The notes below the pieces were generated by a model. That model did no database searches, was not told the origin of the DNA, and saw nothing but the letters and a program-made list of their open reading frames with translations. Positions 9,370-18,770 of a stretch of 64,000 nt of DNA are shown here, piece after piece; the first letter of the stretch is position 1, and every line of letters starts with the position of its first letter. The stretch comes from a virus (taxonomy: Duplodnaviria; Caudoviricetes). The stretch covers positions 1 to 64,000 of IMG/VR virus record IMGVR_UViG_2600255093_000008. The stretch is one strand, 5' to 3'. A program made the translations under genes and the position numbers.

Positions 9370-9744
9370 TTTCAAGAAACGCCAAAATCGTAACAACAGT
9401 TGAAATCACCTGGGAATAAACTTGAGCGACTGATTTCGGGTGGGTAGATTTACGTTCTGAACTCGGCTGCCGAACTAAGGGGGAATGGGCGCCTCTCCTA
9501 GCGACCGGCAGCCGAGTTTTTTCTGTAAACACTTCACCCCGCTTCCGAGCGGGGTTTTTCGTTTCTAAGGCGAACATTGATTGCGAAGAAGGCGCAGTGA
9601 GCAATATTGCGCCAAAGCTCTTGCGTGAGCAAAGTTCCTGCCACTTCCTTCTAACCCACTGGTGAAATAGGTTGCACGGATGCAGAATCAGGATAAACTT
9701 AGAGTTAGTGGGCACATGTCCACTCCAGCCCAACGGAGACTACC

Positions 9745-9897
9745 GTGAGCGAGAAGGACGAGAGTAAAGAAAAGGAAGAGAAAAAAGAGCCAGAGAAGAA
9801 GTCACCTCTCGACATCAAAAACCTTATCGAGCCTCGCAAAATCCAGGCGAGCGAAGACCCACTGTATAGGTGGCGCAACATTAAACCGAAGGAGTGA
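9745..9897 (+). CDS. Micro-peptide 1 (50 aa) MSEKDESKEKEEKKEPEKKSPLDIKNLIEPRKIQASEDPLYRWRNIKPKE
   Basis: Manual translation; GGAG RBS; preceded by a TTGCAC...TAAACT promoter-like sequence; shares IxPxxxQxSE motif with neighbours. Confidence 0.65.
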   Translation: MSEKDESKEKEEKKEPEKKSPLDIKNLIEPRKIQASEDPLYRWRNIKPKE

Positions 9898-9899
9898 TT

Positions 9900-10082
9900 G
9901 TGTCTGACCAGCCCAAAAACGAACCAGAGAAGCCTGCTGTCGCGAACACCCCGCCAGCGGCGCAATCACAACCGCCAAAGCCGAATCCCAAAGCGGACAT
10001 TGCTCCAAGATGTCTTCACTTCTCTGAAGACAGTCAACCAACGCGCATGGTCCGCAAGAAACCTACGGACAACAAGGGGTAA
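9900..10082 (+). CDS. Micro-peptide 2 (60 aa) MSDQPKNEPEKP...KPNPKADIAPRCLHFSEDSQPTRMVRKKPTDNKG
   Basis: AAGGAG RBS overlapping the previous stop; shared motif. Confidence 0.7.
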   Translation: MSDQPKNEPEKPAVANTPPAAQSQPPKPNPKADIAPRCLHFSEDSQPTRMVRKKPTDNKG

Positions 10083-10090
10083 TCGTACCA

Positions 10091-10225
10091 ATGGCAGATG
10101 ATAAGAAACCAGAACCAAACCAAGCACCAAAAGAAAAGGCTGTGGCTCAGCCAAAATCCCCTAATCCCAAAGAGGGTATACAGCCAACGAAAGTGCAAGA
10201 AAGCAAATACCCTAACAACAAGTGA
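10091..10225 (+). CDS. Micro-peptide 3 (44 aa) MADDKKPEPNQAPKEKAVAQPKSPNPKEGIQPTKVQESKYPNNK
   Basis: Manual translation; AAGGGG RBS; shared PNPKE-I-P motif. Confidence 0.7.
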   Translation: MADDKKPEPNQAPKEKAVAQPKSPNPKEGIQPTKVQESKYPNNK

Positions 10226-10234
10226 GTCTCTGCC

Positions 10235-10354
10235 ATGTCAAACAAGCCGCCATCGATCCCGACAAGTCCGCCACCTCGTCCAAACCCGAAGGAGGATATC
10301 AGACCTGGGCGTGAAGAGCGCCAAGACAATGCTGGCGATCGGAAGACAAAGTAG
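10235..10354 (+). CDS. Micro-peptide 4 (39 aa) MSNKPPSIPTSPPPRPNPKEDIRPGREERQDNAGDRKTK
   Basis: Manual translation; shared PNPKEDIxP motif; weak RBS. Confidence 0.6.
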   Translation: MSNKPPSIPTSPPPRPNPKEDIRPGREERQDNAGDRKTK

Positions 10355-11114
10355 TTTTCGGCGTGGCAGGTCCGTCCGATGTAGCGGATGGGGGCTTTAA
10401 AGCGAGGTATACTAGCGCCGCGCTGATTGTGATAACAGGAATTAACACAAACAATAATGATTGAGCGTAGAACTCGTGGGCGCGTCTAAGATCATCCGAT
10501 TTTTGTTTGTTGCGGTAAGCGTATGCCTCACAAATCGGATGACAAATAAGAACTAAATTTAGCTCTGCCTCCTCTGCACTTGCGTAATTTTCTGCGAGGT
10601 GAACCGCCTTTGTCAGCGGAGGGGGCGTAGCTGCCGATTGAGGGCTTCGCACACGCAATGCTGCCTGCACTGCTAAAAGAGCAAAGCACAAGGAAGGAAT
10701 AAGTGAAACTAGAGCAATCAGCCCAAGCAAACATGTCTCAGGCTTTTCGGGCTTGATGGAGACAAGCGCCCCGAAGGTCAGCAAGGCAGAACCACCTCCT
10801 AGGTACTTAATTATTGAATCAGCCTTTTCATCCAATTTGCCATCTGTCTTCTCGAACCTCTCTTGCAAATCCTTCGCGTATTTCATTATCCATCCGTATT
10901 CAACCTTGTCCTTCTTTTCAAAATTTTTGAAAAAATCAACCGCGTCGTTGTAATCTTTTGACGATGAGTAATCGGACTTAACTTGACAGTAAATGCTTTT
11001 GTAATATTGGGTTGCAGATCGATACGTCGTCACGAGGATCTCATACGCCCGGACTTCGAGGCGTTTTCCAGTTCGCGGGCTGGATTTATTAGGAGGGGGA
11101 GGCGAATTGCTCAT
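10299..11114 (-). CDS. Three-TM membrane protein, loosely DUF5706/Pycsar-effector-like topology
   Basis: LDEKADSIIKYLGGGSALLTFGAL (TM1), TM2, soluble loop, NKQKSDDLRRA then TM3. Confidence 0.6.
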   Translation of the reverse strand: MSNSPPPPNKSSPRTGKRLEVRAYEILVTTYRSATQYYKSIYCQVKSDYSSSKDYNDAVDFFKNFEKKDKVEYGWIMKYAKDLQERFEKTDGKLDEKADSIIKYLGGGSALLTFGALVSIKPEKPETCLLGLIALVSLIPSLCFALLAVQAALRVRSPQSAATPPPLTKAVHLAENYASAEEAELNLVLICHPICEAYAYRNKQKSDDLRRAHEFYAQSLLFVLIPVITISAALVYLALKPPSATSDGPATPKTTLSSDRQHCLGALHAQV

Positions 11115-11406
11115 GGCAAATTCACGAGGGGAGCAAAAAGCAAAAAAAACGGCTTAAAATCGGCAAATTAACTGTTGTTATGCTGGAGCAGTTCGTGCAA
11201 AGCTTCAAGGTCATTTACGCAAAATTCGTTCACGGGCAGGCTCATACTCAGCCAAAAACGGAATTATTACGCAAATCAGTCAGACACCGCACGATTTGCT
11301 TAAAAGCCGCTCTAATTAGAATATGTGCGACACTTCCGCCGCCTGCCGATCCGCAGGTATTCTGCCCGAAACCCTCAACAAATTCGTTCGTGCGGGCTGG
11401 TTCGAG

Positions 11407-12156
11407 ATGCCAACCAATCGCGTTGACGGTTGGCTCGTGTGGTCCGAGCACGACCAGGAGCGACTAAACGAACTCGTTGCACAAGGGCGCAACCCAAGCC
11501 CTAATCCACTTCCACAGATCGACAGCACCGCATTCAACGCACAAGTTCGGTTTTCGCTTCCAACACCAGAACCAAAGCCGAAGAAGGAACGAGCGCCCAA
11601 GCCCAAGCCAGAACCGAAACCAAAGAAGTTGCGAGAACCCAAACCGAAGAAGGAACGGACTGTCCGTACCGTCACTTACGAAGGCCACCCCTACACGATC
11701 ACCGAACTCGCTCAGCACCTCGGAATGCACCGTCAATCGCTCTCAAAGAAACTTAGAAAGTGTGGCTGGGATGTGGGAAAGGCTCTCGCACCAAAGCCCA
11801 AAGCCGAACGAACAGCGAAACCACCGCAACCCAAAGTACGGAACGCACCTAAACCCGTCATTCACGAAGGTGTCGAATACCGAAGTATGGCAGCACTCGC
11901 TAAGCACCTGGGAATCGAACGGCGCACACTGTCCTACCGTCTGAACAGCGGAATCGCACCCGAGCAAGCCACTTCTTCCACCAAATCAAAGCCCGGAACG
12001 AAACCGCGACAGTTCCAATTCCAGGGACAACAAGTCACCATCACTCAACTCTGCGAACGGTTCGGACTCGCACCCAACACCGCTGCTGCCCGACTCCAAC
12101 GGCACAATTTCAACGCCGAACAAGCATTCGCAGATAAATTACAGCAGCATCACTAG
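11407..12156 (+). CDS. DNA-binding protein with three repeated HTH-like modules and Lys/Pro linkers
   Basis: YEGHPYTITELAQHLGM, HEGVEYRSMAALAKHLGI, FQGQQVTITQLCERFGL repeats. Confidence 0.65.
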   Translation: MPTNRVDGWLVWSEHDQERLNELVAQGRNPSPNPLPQIDSTAFNAQVRFSLPTPEPKPKKERAPKPKPEPKPKKLREPKPKKERTVRTVTYEGHPYTITELAQHLGMHRQSLSKKLRKCGWDVGKALAPKPKAERTAKPPQPKVRNAPKPVIHEGVEYRSMAALAKHLGIERRTLSYRLNSGIAPEQATSSTKSKPGTKPRQFQFQGQQVTITQLCERFGLAPNTAAARLQRHNFNAEQAFADKLQQHH

Positions 12157-12164
12157 ATAGATGC

Positions 12165-12647
12165 ATGGCATTGCCTGAAACATTAGTCGCAAAATTGTCG
12201 AGTAGTCCAGTTGGTTCACTGGTTAACCAGCGAATCAACCCTGCCATTGGGACTACTGGCACTCAAGTGCCATTCCTAACCTTCACCGTCACGAACATCG
12301 AGAGCAGTTTCACTCTCGACGGGGCTGCCAGTTCGCTGGAAAAGACAACGGTTCAGTTCGATGTGTGGGGCACAAAGCACGCACAAGTTACGCAGATCCT
12401 TGCCACATTGCGGAGCACGCTGAGTGGTTGGCGCGATGGGAAACAGGTGAAGTGGTGCGTTTGGAATACGCAAGGAATCGAAGCGAGCGAGGACAGCGAG
12501 CACTACATGGGAACGTCAGAATTTGTTGTGTGGTACGACCGCAACCAACGCATTCGAGTGACCAGTGGGATTGAGAGCGGTGAGACGTTCGGCGTGCCGA
12601 CATATTCTGAGCAACCTTATAGTCAGCGGTGGTGGTGGTTATTTTAA
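12165..12647 (+). CDS. Tail completion/terminator protein (DUF3168-like), displaced upstream of terminase
   Basis: INPAIG...VPFLTFTV...TVQFDVWG...ILATLRSTLSGW pattern. Confidence 0.65.
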   Translation: MALPETLVAKLSSSPVGSLVNQRINPAIGTTGTQVPFLTFTVTNIESSFTLDGAASSLEKTTVQFDVWGTKHAQVTQILATLRSTLSGWRDGKQVKWCVWNTQGIEASEDSEHYMGTSEFVVWYDRNQRIRVTSGIESGETFGVPTYSEQPYSQRWWWLF

Positions 12648-12766
12648 TTTATCTTTGACAGTTATGACGGGGAGGGGATACCCCTCAAGTGTTGAGAATG
12701 AAAGGTGGAAAGACCCCACCGGCACGCTACATTTTTTCTCAAGGATGTTTAAGTAAGGCAGACAGG

Positions 12767-13081
12767 ATGAAAAGACCAAAATTAACAGCAGAAGCAGCGA
12801 GATTCTACGATCGGCACGCGAAGCGGTGCATCGAGGAAGGTTACCTGACGGACGCGACTTTCGATTCGTTCGTTTTGCTTTGCCGCACCTACGCACTGCT
12901 CCAGTTCGACCCGTCGGAAGATCCGAGAGCGGGAATCATCAAGTTCGTGGCACTCACCAAAAGCTTTGAAAGACAGGGGATTGCGTTCGGAATCACTGCG
13001 AAGAAGAAGAGCGAGAAGCCAAAGGATTTGGCAGCGATCATCAGGGAGGGACTGAATGCCGGACAAGATGCCAAGGGCTAA
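12767..13081 (+). CDS. terS: Terminase small subunit (P27-like)
   Basis: KLTAEAARFYDR...LTDATFDSFVLLCRTY...FGIT; position before HNH and terL. Confidence 0.7.
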   Translation: MKRPKLTAEAARFYDRHAKRCIEEGYLTDATFDSFVLLCRTYALLQFDPSEDPRAGIIKFVALTKSFERQGIAFGITAKKKSEKPKDLAAIIREGLNAGQDAKG

Positions 13082-13337
13082 GCCCCTCACGGAACGGAAA
13101 CGAGAACGCCCTACCGCTTGGAATCGTGGGTACGATCGGCGGCACACCGCACTTCGCCGCGAACTTTTGGCTGATCGTCCCGTGTGTGAATGTCAGGGTT
13201 GCGGTAACGGCTGCTGCAACAACACCGCATTCTCTGCTCACGCCCACCACCTACGTTACCCAGCGCTCAGCCTGTCTGATTACTTCGCGTTGTGCGAATC
13301 CTGTCACGGACGGTTGCACGCAAAAGGAGATCGGTGA
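13056..13337 (+). CDS. HNH endonuclease (HK97 gp74-like)
   Basis: RGYDRRH...CECQGC...HAHH...ALCESCHGRLH. Confidence 0.85.
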   Translation: MPDKMPRAKPLTERKRERPTAWNRGYDRRHTALRRELLADRPVCECQGCGNGCCNNTAFSAHAHHLRYPALSLSDYFALCESCHGRLHAKGDR

Positions 13338-14923
13338 GTGTTCCGGATTGGGCTGTAGTCACGGCAGCCGATCGGCTGGCACTCGAAGAAGGGTGCACGT
13401 GGTCGCAGACGCATGCCAACCAAATTATAAATTTCACGCGAGCATTCTTCCGGTCGCAGTTCATTTCGGGAAAAGTTGCCCTCGCACCCGAGCAAGCACA
13501 GTTCCTGCAGCAGTTGTACGGCTGGCGACTACCGAACGGGAACAGGCGGTTTCGGTTCGCTAACCTTCACGTTCCAAAGAAATCCTTTGGAAAGACCTTA
13601 CTTGTAAGCATCATCGCGTTTTTCGAGACGTTCGGCAGTGGCGAACCGTCCGCTTTCGTGGTGAGTTGCGCGGCATCCCGTGAGAACGCAAGTCAGGTGT
13701 TCGATGAGTTGAAGTTTGCGACGGAACGGGGGAAGTTCGCTCCGTTCGCAGCGGTAAAGAACCACACGAAAACGATTGAAGTGCCGTCACTGAATGCGCG
13801 GTTTCATTCCGTTTCCAGTGACGGAAACAGGCTTCACGGCTTCAACTGCTCGACCGTGATTTGTGACGAAGCCGGTTGGACGAAGAACAGTTCTGCTTTC
13901 GATGCGTTGCGGTACGCTCCGGCAGCACGTCCGAACGGGCTGATTGTCGTAATCAGCACCGCGAGCGATCAGCAAGAGCACTGGTATCACAAGCGAGTTT
14001 ACAGCAAATCCAAGCGAATTCTGAGCGGCGAAGACCTCGATATCACGCATCTCGCCGTTGTTCACGAGATGGACGCGGACGGTGATCCAGAAGACCCAGC
14101 GCAGTGGAAAAAAGCAAACCCGCTGCTTGGCTCACCTTGGTGTCCGATCGACCAGTTTCGCCGCGAGATCGAAGGGGCGAAGGCGGCAGGAATTGGGGAA
14201 CGGCTTAATTTCTTGCGCTTACGGTTGGGGCTATGGCTGAAAGCAGATGAGATGTGCTACTTCGAGGTGAATAAATTTGACGAACTGAAAGCAGAACCGA
14301 GCGAAGCCGAACTGAAGGACGCACCGTGTGCTCTGGGCATCGACCTCAGTGAAACGACTGACCCGACTTCGGTAACTGCCACCTGGGAACTGTCACCCGG
14401 TCGGTACTACTCCCGTTCGTGGTGCTGGACCGCAGAAAAGGGCGTTACCGAGCGCGAGAAATCGAACTTGCGGCACTACCGCGAATTCACCGAAATGACC
14501 GTCACGAAGGGCGACATGATCGACGAAAGGCTGGTGCTGAACCACTTGGTTGCGCTTACCGAAAAGTATTGCGTGGTGGTCGCGAACTTCGACCCGCGAA
14601 GCGCCTATGTGATGGGGAATCGACTGGCGGAACACGGGGTGAAGTGCGAGCGAGTTACTGCGTCAGCCCGCTACATGAACCCGCCAATGGTCGAACTTCG
14701 CAAAGCGATCGAAGAGAAACGGTACTCGCACGACGGAAGCAGTTGGCTCAAGTTCTGCCTGCAGAATGTGCGGTTTGAATTGAATCGATACGGCGAAGTC
14801 TTTCCGGTGCGAAAGAAGTCGGTGGACAAGATCGACGGTGCGATTTCGGCTCTGCTCTCCCTTTACGGGCTGCTTGCAAAACCCGCTGACGAAACCGTTA
14901 CTCAAGGATTAATTTTAATCTGA
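13334..14923 (+). CDS. terL: Terminase large subunit
   Basis: VPKKSFGKT Walker A, ICDEAG Walker B, WKKANP, LGIDLS, KIDGAISAL. Confidence 0.95.
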   Translation: MSVPDWAVVTAADRLALEEGCTWSQTHANQIINFTRAFFRSQFISGKVALAPEQAQFLQQLYGWRLPNGNRRFRFANLHVPKKSFGKTLLVSIIAFFETFGSGEPSAFVVSCAASRENASQVFDELKFATERGKFAPFAAVKNHTKTIEVPSLNARFHSVSSDGNRLHGFNCSTVICDEAGWTKNSSAFDALRYAPAARPNGLIVVISTASDQQEHWYHKRVYSKSKRILSGEDLDITHLAVVHEMDADGDPEDPAQWKKANPLLGSPWCPIDQFRREIEGAKAAGIGERLNFLRLRLGLWLKADEMCYFEVNKFDELKAEPSEAELKDAPCALGIDLSETTDPTSVTATWELSPGRYYSRSWCWTAEKGVTEREKSNLRHYREFTEMTVTKGDMIDERLVLNHLVALTEKYCVVVANFDPRSAYVMGNRLAEHGVKCERVTASARYMNPPMVELRKAIEEKRYSHDGSSWLKFCLQNVRFELNRYGEVFPVRKKSVDKIDGAISALLSLYGLLAKPADETVTQGLILI

Positions 14924-14940
14924 ACAACTCTAAATAGAGT

Positions 14941-16185
14941 ATGTTCCAATTCGTCCGTTCCTTTTTCAACCGCTCCACGAAGTGGTATCCGCTCTCAAGC
15001 CTGCCCGAAGCGTTTTTCTTCGGTCGGCAATCGCGATCGGCAGTCGCCACACCAGAAGAAGCCCTAACCCTCAGTCCGGTTTACGCGGCGCTCAGGTGGT
15101 ATCAGACCACTCTGAGCAGCCTTCCACTCGTTGTTTACCGGGACGATTGGCAGGGCGGACGCGAAAAAGCATTAACGCACCCTGCGTACAAACTGCTGCA
15201 GTACCGCCCGAATCCAGCACAGACCCGAAACACGTTCCTTCAGGTTCTCGCCCGTGATTTGTTCGTCCACGGTGAAGCGTTCTGTTCGCTGAGATGGACG
15301 GGCACGGGTGCGCTTTTTGGGGTGTATCCGGTCAAGCATTCGTGTGTCACCGAAGTGATAGTTGACGATGAGTGGGAAAAGGCGTTCGTGGTGCGTGACT
15401 CGAACGGCGAACCCGAAGTGTACAGCGATGCGGACATGCTCCACATCGTTGCGCTGCCCAACTGTGACGGGATTCGTGGGGAATCATTCCTCCGTTACGC
15501 GGGGGAAGCACTCGGACTGCACAAACAGGTGCAGGAGAGCGCAACTGCTTTTTATAAAAACGCTGTAAAAGCCAGCGGCTACTTACGGTACGCGGGCAAA
15601 CTGAACCAAGAAACGATCAACGTTATCAGAGAGAACTTTAAGAAGCAGTTCGCGGGAACGGGTAATGCGGGCGAAATCCCGCTGCTGAGCGAAGGCGGTG
15701 AGTTCACACCAGTTTCCAACACGACTGCTGACGATGCCCAAATCATCGAAGCGCTTGGGGCTTCCGTCGCCGATGTGTCGAGATGGAGTGGAATTTCGAG
15801 CATCATTCTCGGTGATTACGCAGCCGCAAAGTACGCAAGTTTAGCAGCAGAAAATCAGGCAGTTTATCAGAAGAGTTTGCGTTGGATGCTCGAAGCGATC
15901 GAAACCGAAGTGAACAACAAGATTTTCGGCGTCGGTTCAGACTTCTTCGCCGAGTTCGACACGCGGGAATTGTTGCGTGGCGATCCTGTCACACAGTCCC
16001 AAATCGACAATGCTTACCTCACGAGCGGTGTTGTCACACGGAACGAAGTTCGCGAAGGGCTGAAACTGAACCCACTCGAAGAACTGAACCAACCGCTTGC
16101 CCCACTCAACCAAGGGGTTGCGACACTTCCGCCCACTACACCCAACCAACTACCACCAGCACCAGGAGCAGCACCGAATGAGTGA
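14941..16185 (+). CDS. HK97-family portal protein
   Basis: ALTLSPVYAALRW, LLQYRPNP, DMLHI, DGIRGES, VTRNEVRE. Confidence 0.95.
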   Translation: MFQFVRSFFNRSTKWYPLSSLPEAFFFGRQSRSAVATPEEALTLSPVYAALRWYQTTLSSLPLVVYRDDWQGGREKALTHPAYKLLQYRPNPAQTRNTFLQVLARDLFVHGEAFCSLRWTGTGALFGVYPVKHSCVTEVIVDDEWEKAFVVRDSNGEPEVYSDADMLHIVALPNCDGIRGESFLRYAGEALGLHKQVQESATAFYKNAVKASGYLRYAGKLNQETINVIRENFKKQFAGTGNAGEIPLLSEGGEFTPVSNTTADDAQIIEALGASVADVSRWSGISSIILGDYAAAKYASLAAENQAVYQKSLRWMLEAIETEVNNKIFGVGSDFFAEFDTRELLRGDPVTQSQIDNAYLTSGVVTRNEVREGLKLNPLEELNQPLAPLNQGVATLPPTTPNQLPPAPGAAPNE

Positions 16186-16744
16186 GTTCACACGGGTAAG
16201 CCGCATCGCACCGAAGATCAGTGAGAACCGGAGATTATCCTTTTACGCAAGTGTTTTTGGCGAAGTTGCTCCGATCACCGAACGGGACACAACGGGAAAT
16301 CTCGTGAGTTACCGAGAGCGAATTGTGCCCGGGGCATTCACCGATGCGTTGTGTTCGACAGCGGAAGTGATCGCGAACATCGACCACGACCCAGCCCAGA
16401 CCTTCGCAAAGAGAAGCACGGGTGAACTGCTCCTGCAGGAAGACCCTCACGGACTCTTCGCCAGTTGCTACTTACCGCCCGGTGAATTCGGTGACAGCAT
16501 TATTCGGCGTGTTGAAAGTGGCGAGTTGGACGGCTGCAGTTTCCGCTTTGGAGCAGTGAAGGACCGGGTGAATGGGGATGTTGTGGAGCGGCTTGCCGTA
16601 ACCCTCGCGGATGTCTGCATTTGCTCATCCAAAGTCGCCGCTTACAAGGAAACCGAAGTGCATCTCCGCACCAATCCAGAACTCAAGAAATTATTCTCGC
16701 GAATGAGATTTATAAAAATCAAGCAACGGGCACTAAATAAGTAA
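16178..16744 (+). CDS. HK97-family prohead protease
   Basis: YASVFG, ERIVPGAF, NIDHD, LDGCSFRF, AYKET. Confidence 0.92.
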   Translation: MSEFTRVSRIAPKISENRRLSFYASVFGEVAPITERDTTGNLVSYRERIVPGAFTDALCSTAEVIANIDHDPAQTFAKRSTGELLLQEDPHGLFASCYLPPGEFGDSIIRRVESGELDGCSFRFGAVKDRVNGDVVERLAVTLADVCICSSKVAAYKETEVHLRTNPELKKLFSRMRFIKIKQRALNK

Positions 16745-16760
16745 TAACCACGGAGGAACA

Positions 16761-18083
16761 TTGAGCCAAAAGAACAGAGCCAGTGCAGAAGAGATCCAAG
16801 GACAAATCGATTCACTGATGCAGGAAGCCGACGCCCTTCAAGCCAAAGACAGCCTTTCCGCAGAAGAACAGCAGCACCTCGATGAGTTGCTTTCCCAAAT
16901 CGAGCAATTACAGAACGACCTCGCAGCAGCCCAATCTTCGCAGCGTTTGCTTGCTGCCAAAGAACGGATGCAGCAGCCAACCCGTCCCGCACCCAAGGTA
17001 GCCGCAACACCGAAGCGTGAAAAGCGCGACGACTTCGGTGAAGGTCTGCGGTTGTGGATGCTCAGCAAAACGGCGAATCCGGACCTGAGCAGCGAAGCGC
17101 ACTTCCGCACACAAAATGCCGGTCTGCAGATCGGCAGCAATTCGGGACGGGTGAAGTGCGACTACCGCAATTTAAACTTCAAGAACCGGACCATCCTGAC
17201 CAAAGGCGGCAGCGGTAGCGGTGCTGAGTGGATTTATAAAACTTATTCAGACCATGTGGTTGAGTACCTTTCATACTTTTCCCCCGTCTTGGGCGTTTTG
17301 GGCAGCGAAACCACATCAGACGGCAACGCCCGCGATTACTTTCGTGTAGACGACACAGCGATGGTCTCGAACTACCTGACCAGTTCAGGTGGTTCGGAAA
17401 GTTCGCCGACAATTAACGAATCGAACATTGCATCTTCTGCAGTTACGATTAATTGCTTTGACATCAGTTCTGGCTTCCAGAAAATCTCGTTCCAAGAGTT
17501 GAGGGACTCAGCGGCTGCTGTCGGCATCACCGAGAAGATTGCCAAGGCGAACAGCAACAGCCACGCCCGTAAACTCGAATCGGAAATCATTAACGCTAGC
17601 GGCAACGGGAGCACCGGCGTTCAAGGCTTGATGCAAGTGGACAACGCCCTAACACCCGTGTCGTCTTCGACTTTCAACAGCAACGCACAGAATTATCTTG
17701 AGAATCTTTACTTCTCAATACCCATTCAGTACCGTCAGAACGCCATTTGGCTTTACAACGACGTGACCGCCAAGCGGTTGCGCCAGAACCTCAAGGACGA
17801 TGTTAAACGTTCGCTCTTCGACAAAAACATTGTGGACGGGGTTGAGTGGGATACACTTTTAGGAAAACGATCTTATATTAGCCAATACATGAGCGACGAT
17901 ACGATTATTTTCTTCGCGCCCGAGTTCTACATGCTGCGAATGGTGGAAGGGCAGACCTTTGCCACCCTAACGGAACGCTTTTTCCCTCATACTTGTTACG
18001 CTGGAATCATGTCATTCGGCGGCGCGTGGCTCGGACCGACCGGCGCTAACGGTGCGATCCAGTCTCTCACGATCACTTCGTAA
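16761..18083 (+). CDS. HK97-fold major capsid protein with N-terminal scaffold domain
   Basis: Coiled-coil N-terminus, IINASGNGSTGVQGL, TLLGKRSYISQYM; position after protease. Confidence 0.88.
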   Translation: MSQKNRASAEEIQGQIDSLMQEADALQAKDSLSAEEQQHLDELLSQIEQLQNDLAAAQSSQRLLAAKERMQQPTRPAPKVAATPKREKRDDFGEGLRLWMLSKTANPDLSSEAHFRTQNAGLQIGSNSGRVKCDYRNLNFKNRTILTKGGSGSGAEWIYKTYSDHVVEYLSYFSPVLGVLGSETTSDGNARDYFRVDDTAMVSNYLTSSGGSESSPTINESNIASSAVTINCFDISSGFQKISFQELRDSAAAVGITEKIAKANSNSHARKLESEIINASGNGSTGVQGLMQVDNALTPVSSSTFNSNAQNYLENLYFSIPIQYRQNAIWLYNDVTAKRLRQNLKDDVKRSLFDKNIVDGVEWDTLLGKRSYISQYMSDDTIIFFAPEFYMLRMVEGQTFATLTERFFPHTCYAGIMSFGGAWLGPTGANGAIQSLTITS

Positions 18084-18190
18084 ATAGTTTTCAGGAACAC
18101 GACCGCTGTTCAGTGCCAGCGGGAGTTAGCGAGTGGGGTACTGGTAATCCCCCACTCGCGTTTTCGTTTCGTGCGACCCTAAATACGGGT

Positions 18191-18769
18191 ATGCACAATT
18201 ATTCGATTGAATCCATATCAACGCCGAATTCACTGGGTTTAGTGGAAGAACTGAAAGCCCACATAAATTCAAATAACGGCAACTCCGAAGACGCACAACT
18301 GAGCCAATTTCTCGACACAGCCAGCAGCATTTTCACGCACGAAACAGATGGGCGCGTAGTGCTGAGCACCACTTTCAAGCAATACTTTCCGTGCTGGGAA
18401 AAGTGCTTGGAACTCGCACGGGGGAAGGTGTCAGAAGTGCTGAGTGTGAGTTACTTCGATGAGAACGACGCGGAACAGGAGTTGGACGGATTCGTTACCG
18501 ACCTGACGACCATTCCCGCACTGCTCTACTTGCCCGATGGGGATTGCCCAGCGCTGAGTACCACACGACCGCGACCGATCACCGTTACTTTCGCAGCCGG
18601 CTGGCAGAGCGTTGCGTACCTTCCGGCTGATGTCCGCGTAGCGATTCTGCAGTTAGCAGCACACCTCTACGCAAACCGTGAAAGCCACACCGACGAAGAT
18701 CTGAAAGAACTCCCGATGGGATTCAAACGCATCTGCGACAAATACAAGACAGGTCTGGGAGGAATTTAA
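18191..18769 (+). CDS. Head-tail connector (gp6-like)
   Basis: EELKAHI...EDAQLSQFL...ITVTFAAG...PADVRVAILQLAAHLYANRE. Confidence 0.88.
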   Translation: MHNYSIESISTPNSLGLVEELKAHINSNNGNSEDAQLSQFLDTASSIFTHETDGRVVLSTTFKQYFPCWEKCLELARGKVSEVLSVSYFDENDAEQELDGFVTDLTTIPALLYLPDGDCPALSTTRPRPITVTFAAGWQSVAYLPADVRVAILQLAAHLYANRESHTDEDLKELPMGFKRICDKYKTGLGGI

Positions 18770-18770
18770 A

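Noticed and set aside
9705-10329. Hydrophobic minus-strand ORFs (9705-9965, 9966-10154, 10147-10329) as holin-like peptides
   Set aside because: Explained as shadows of A-rich plus-strand codons; the RBSs and shared motif are on the plus strand
9745-10354. RiPP precursor array
   Set aside because: No adjacent modifying enzyme, protease or transporter; DUF5131 is about 19 kb away with no evident link
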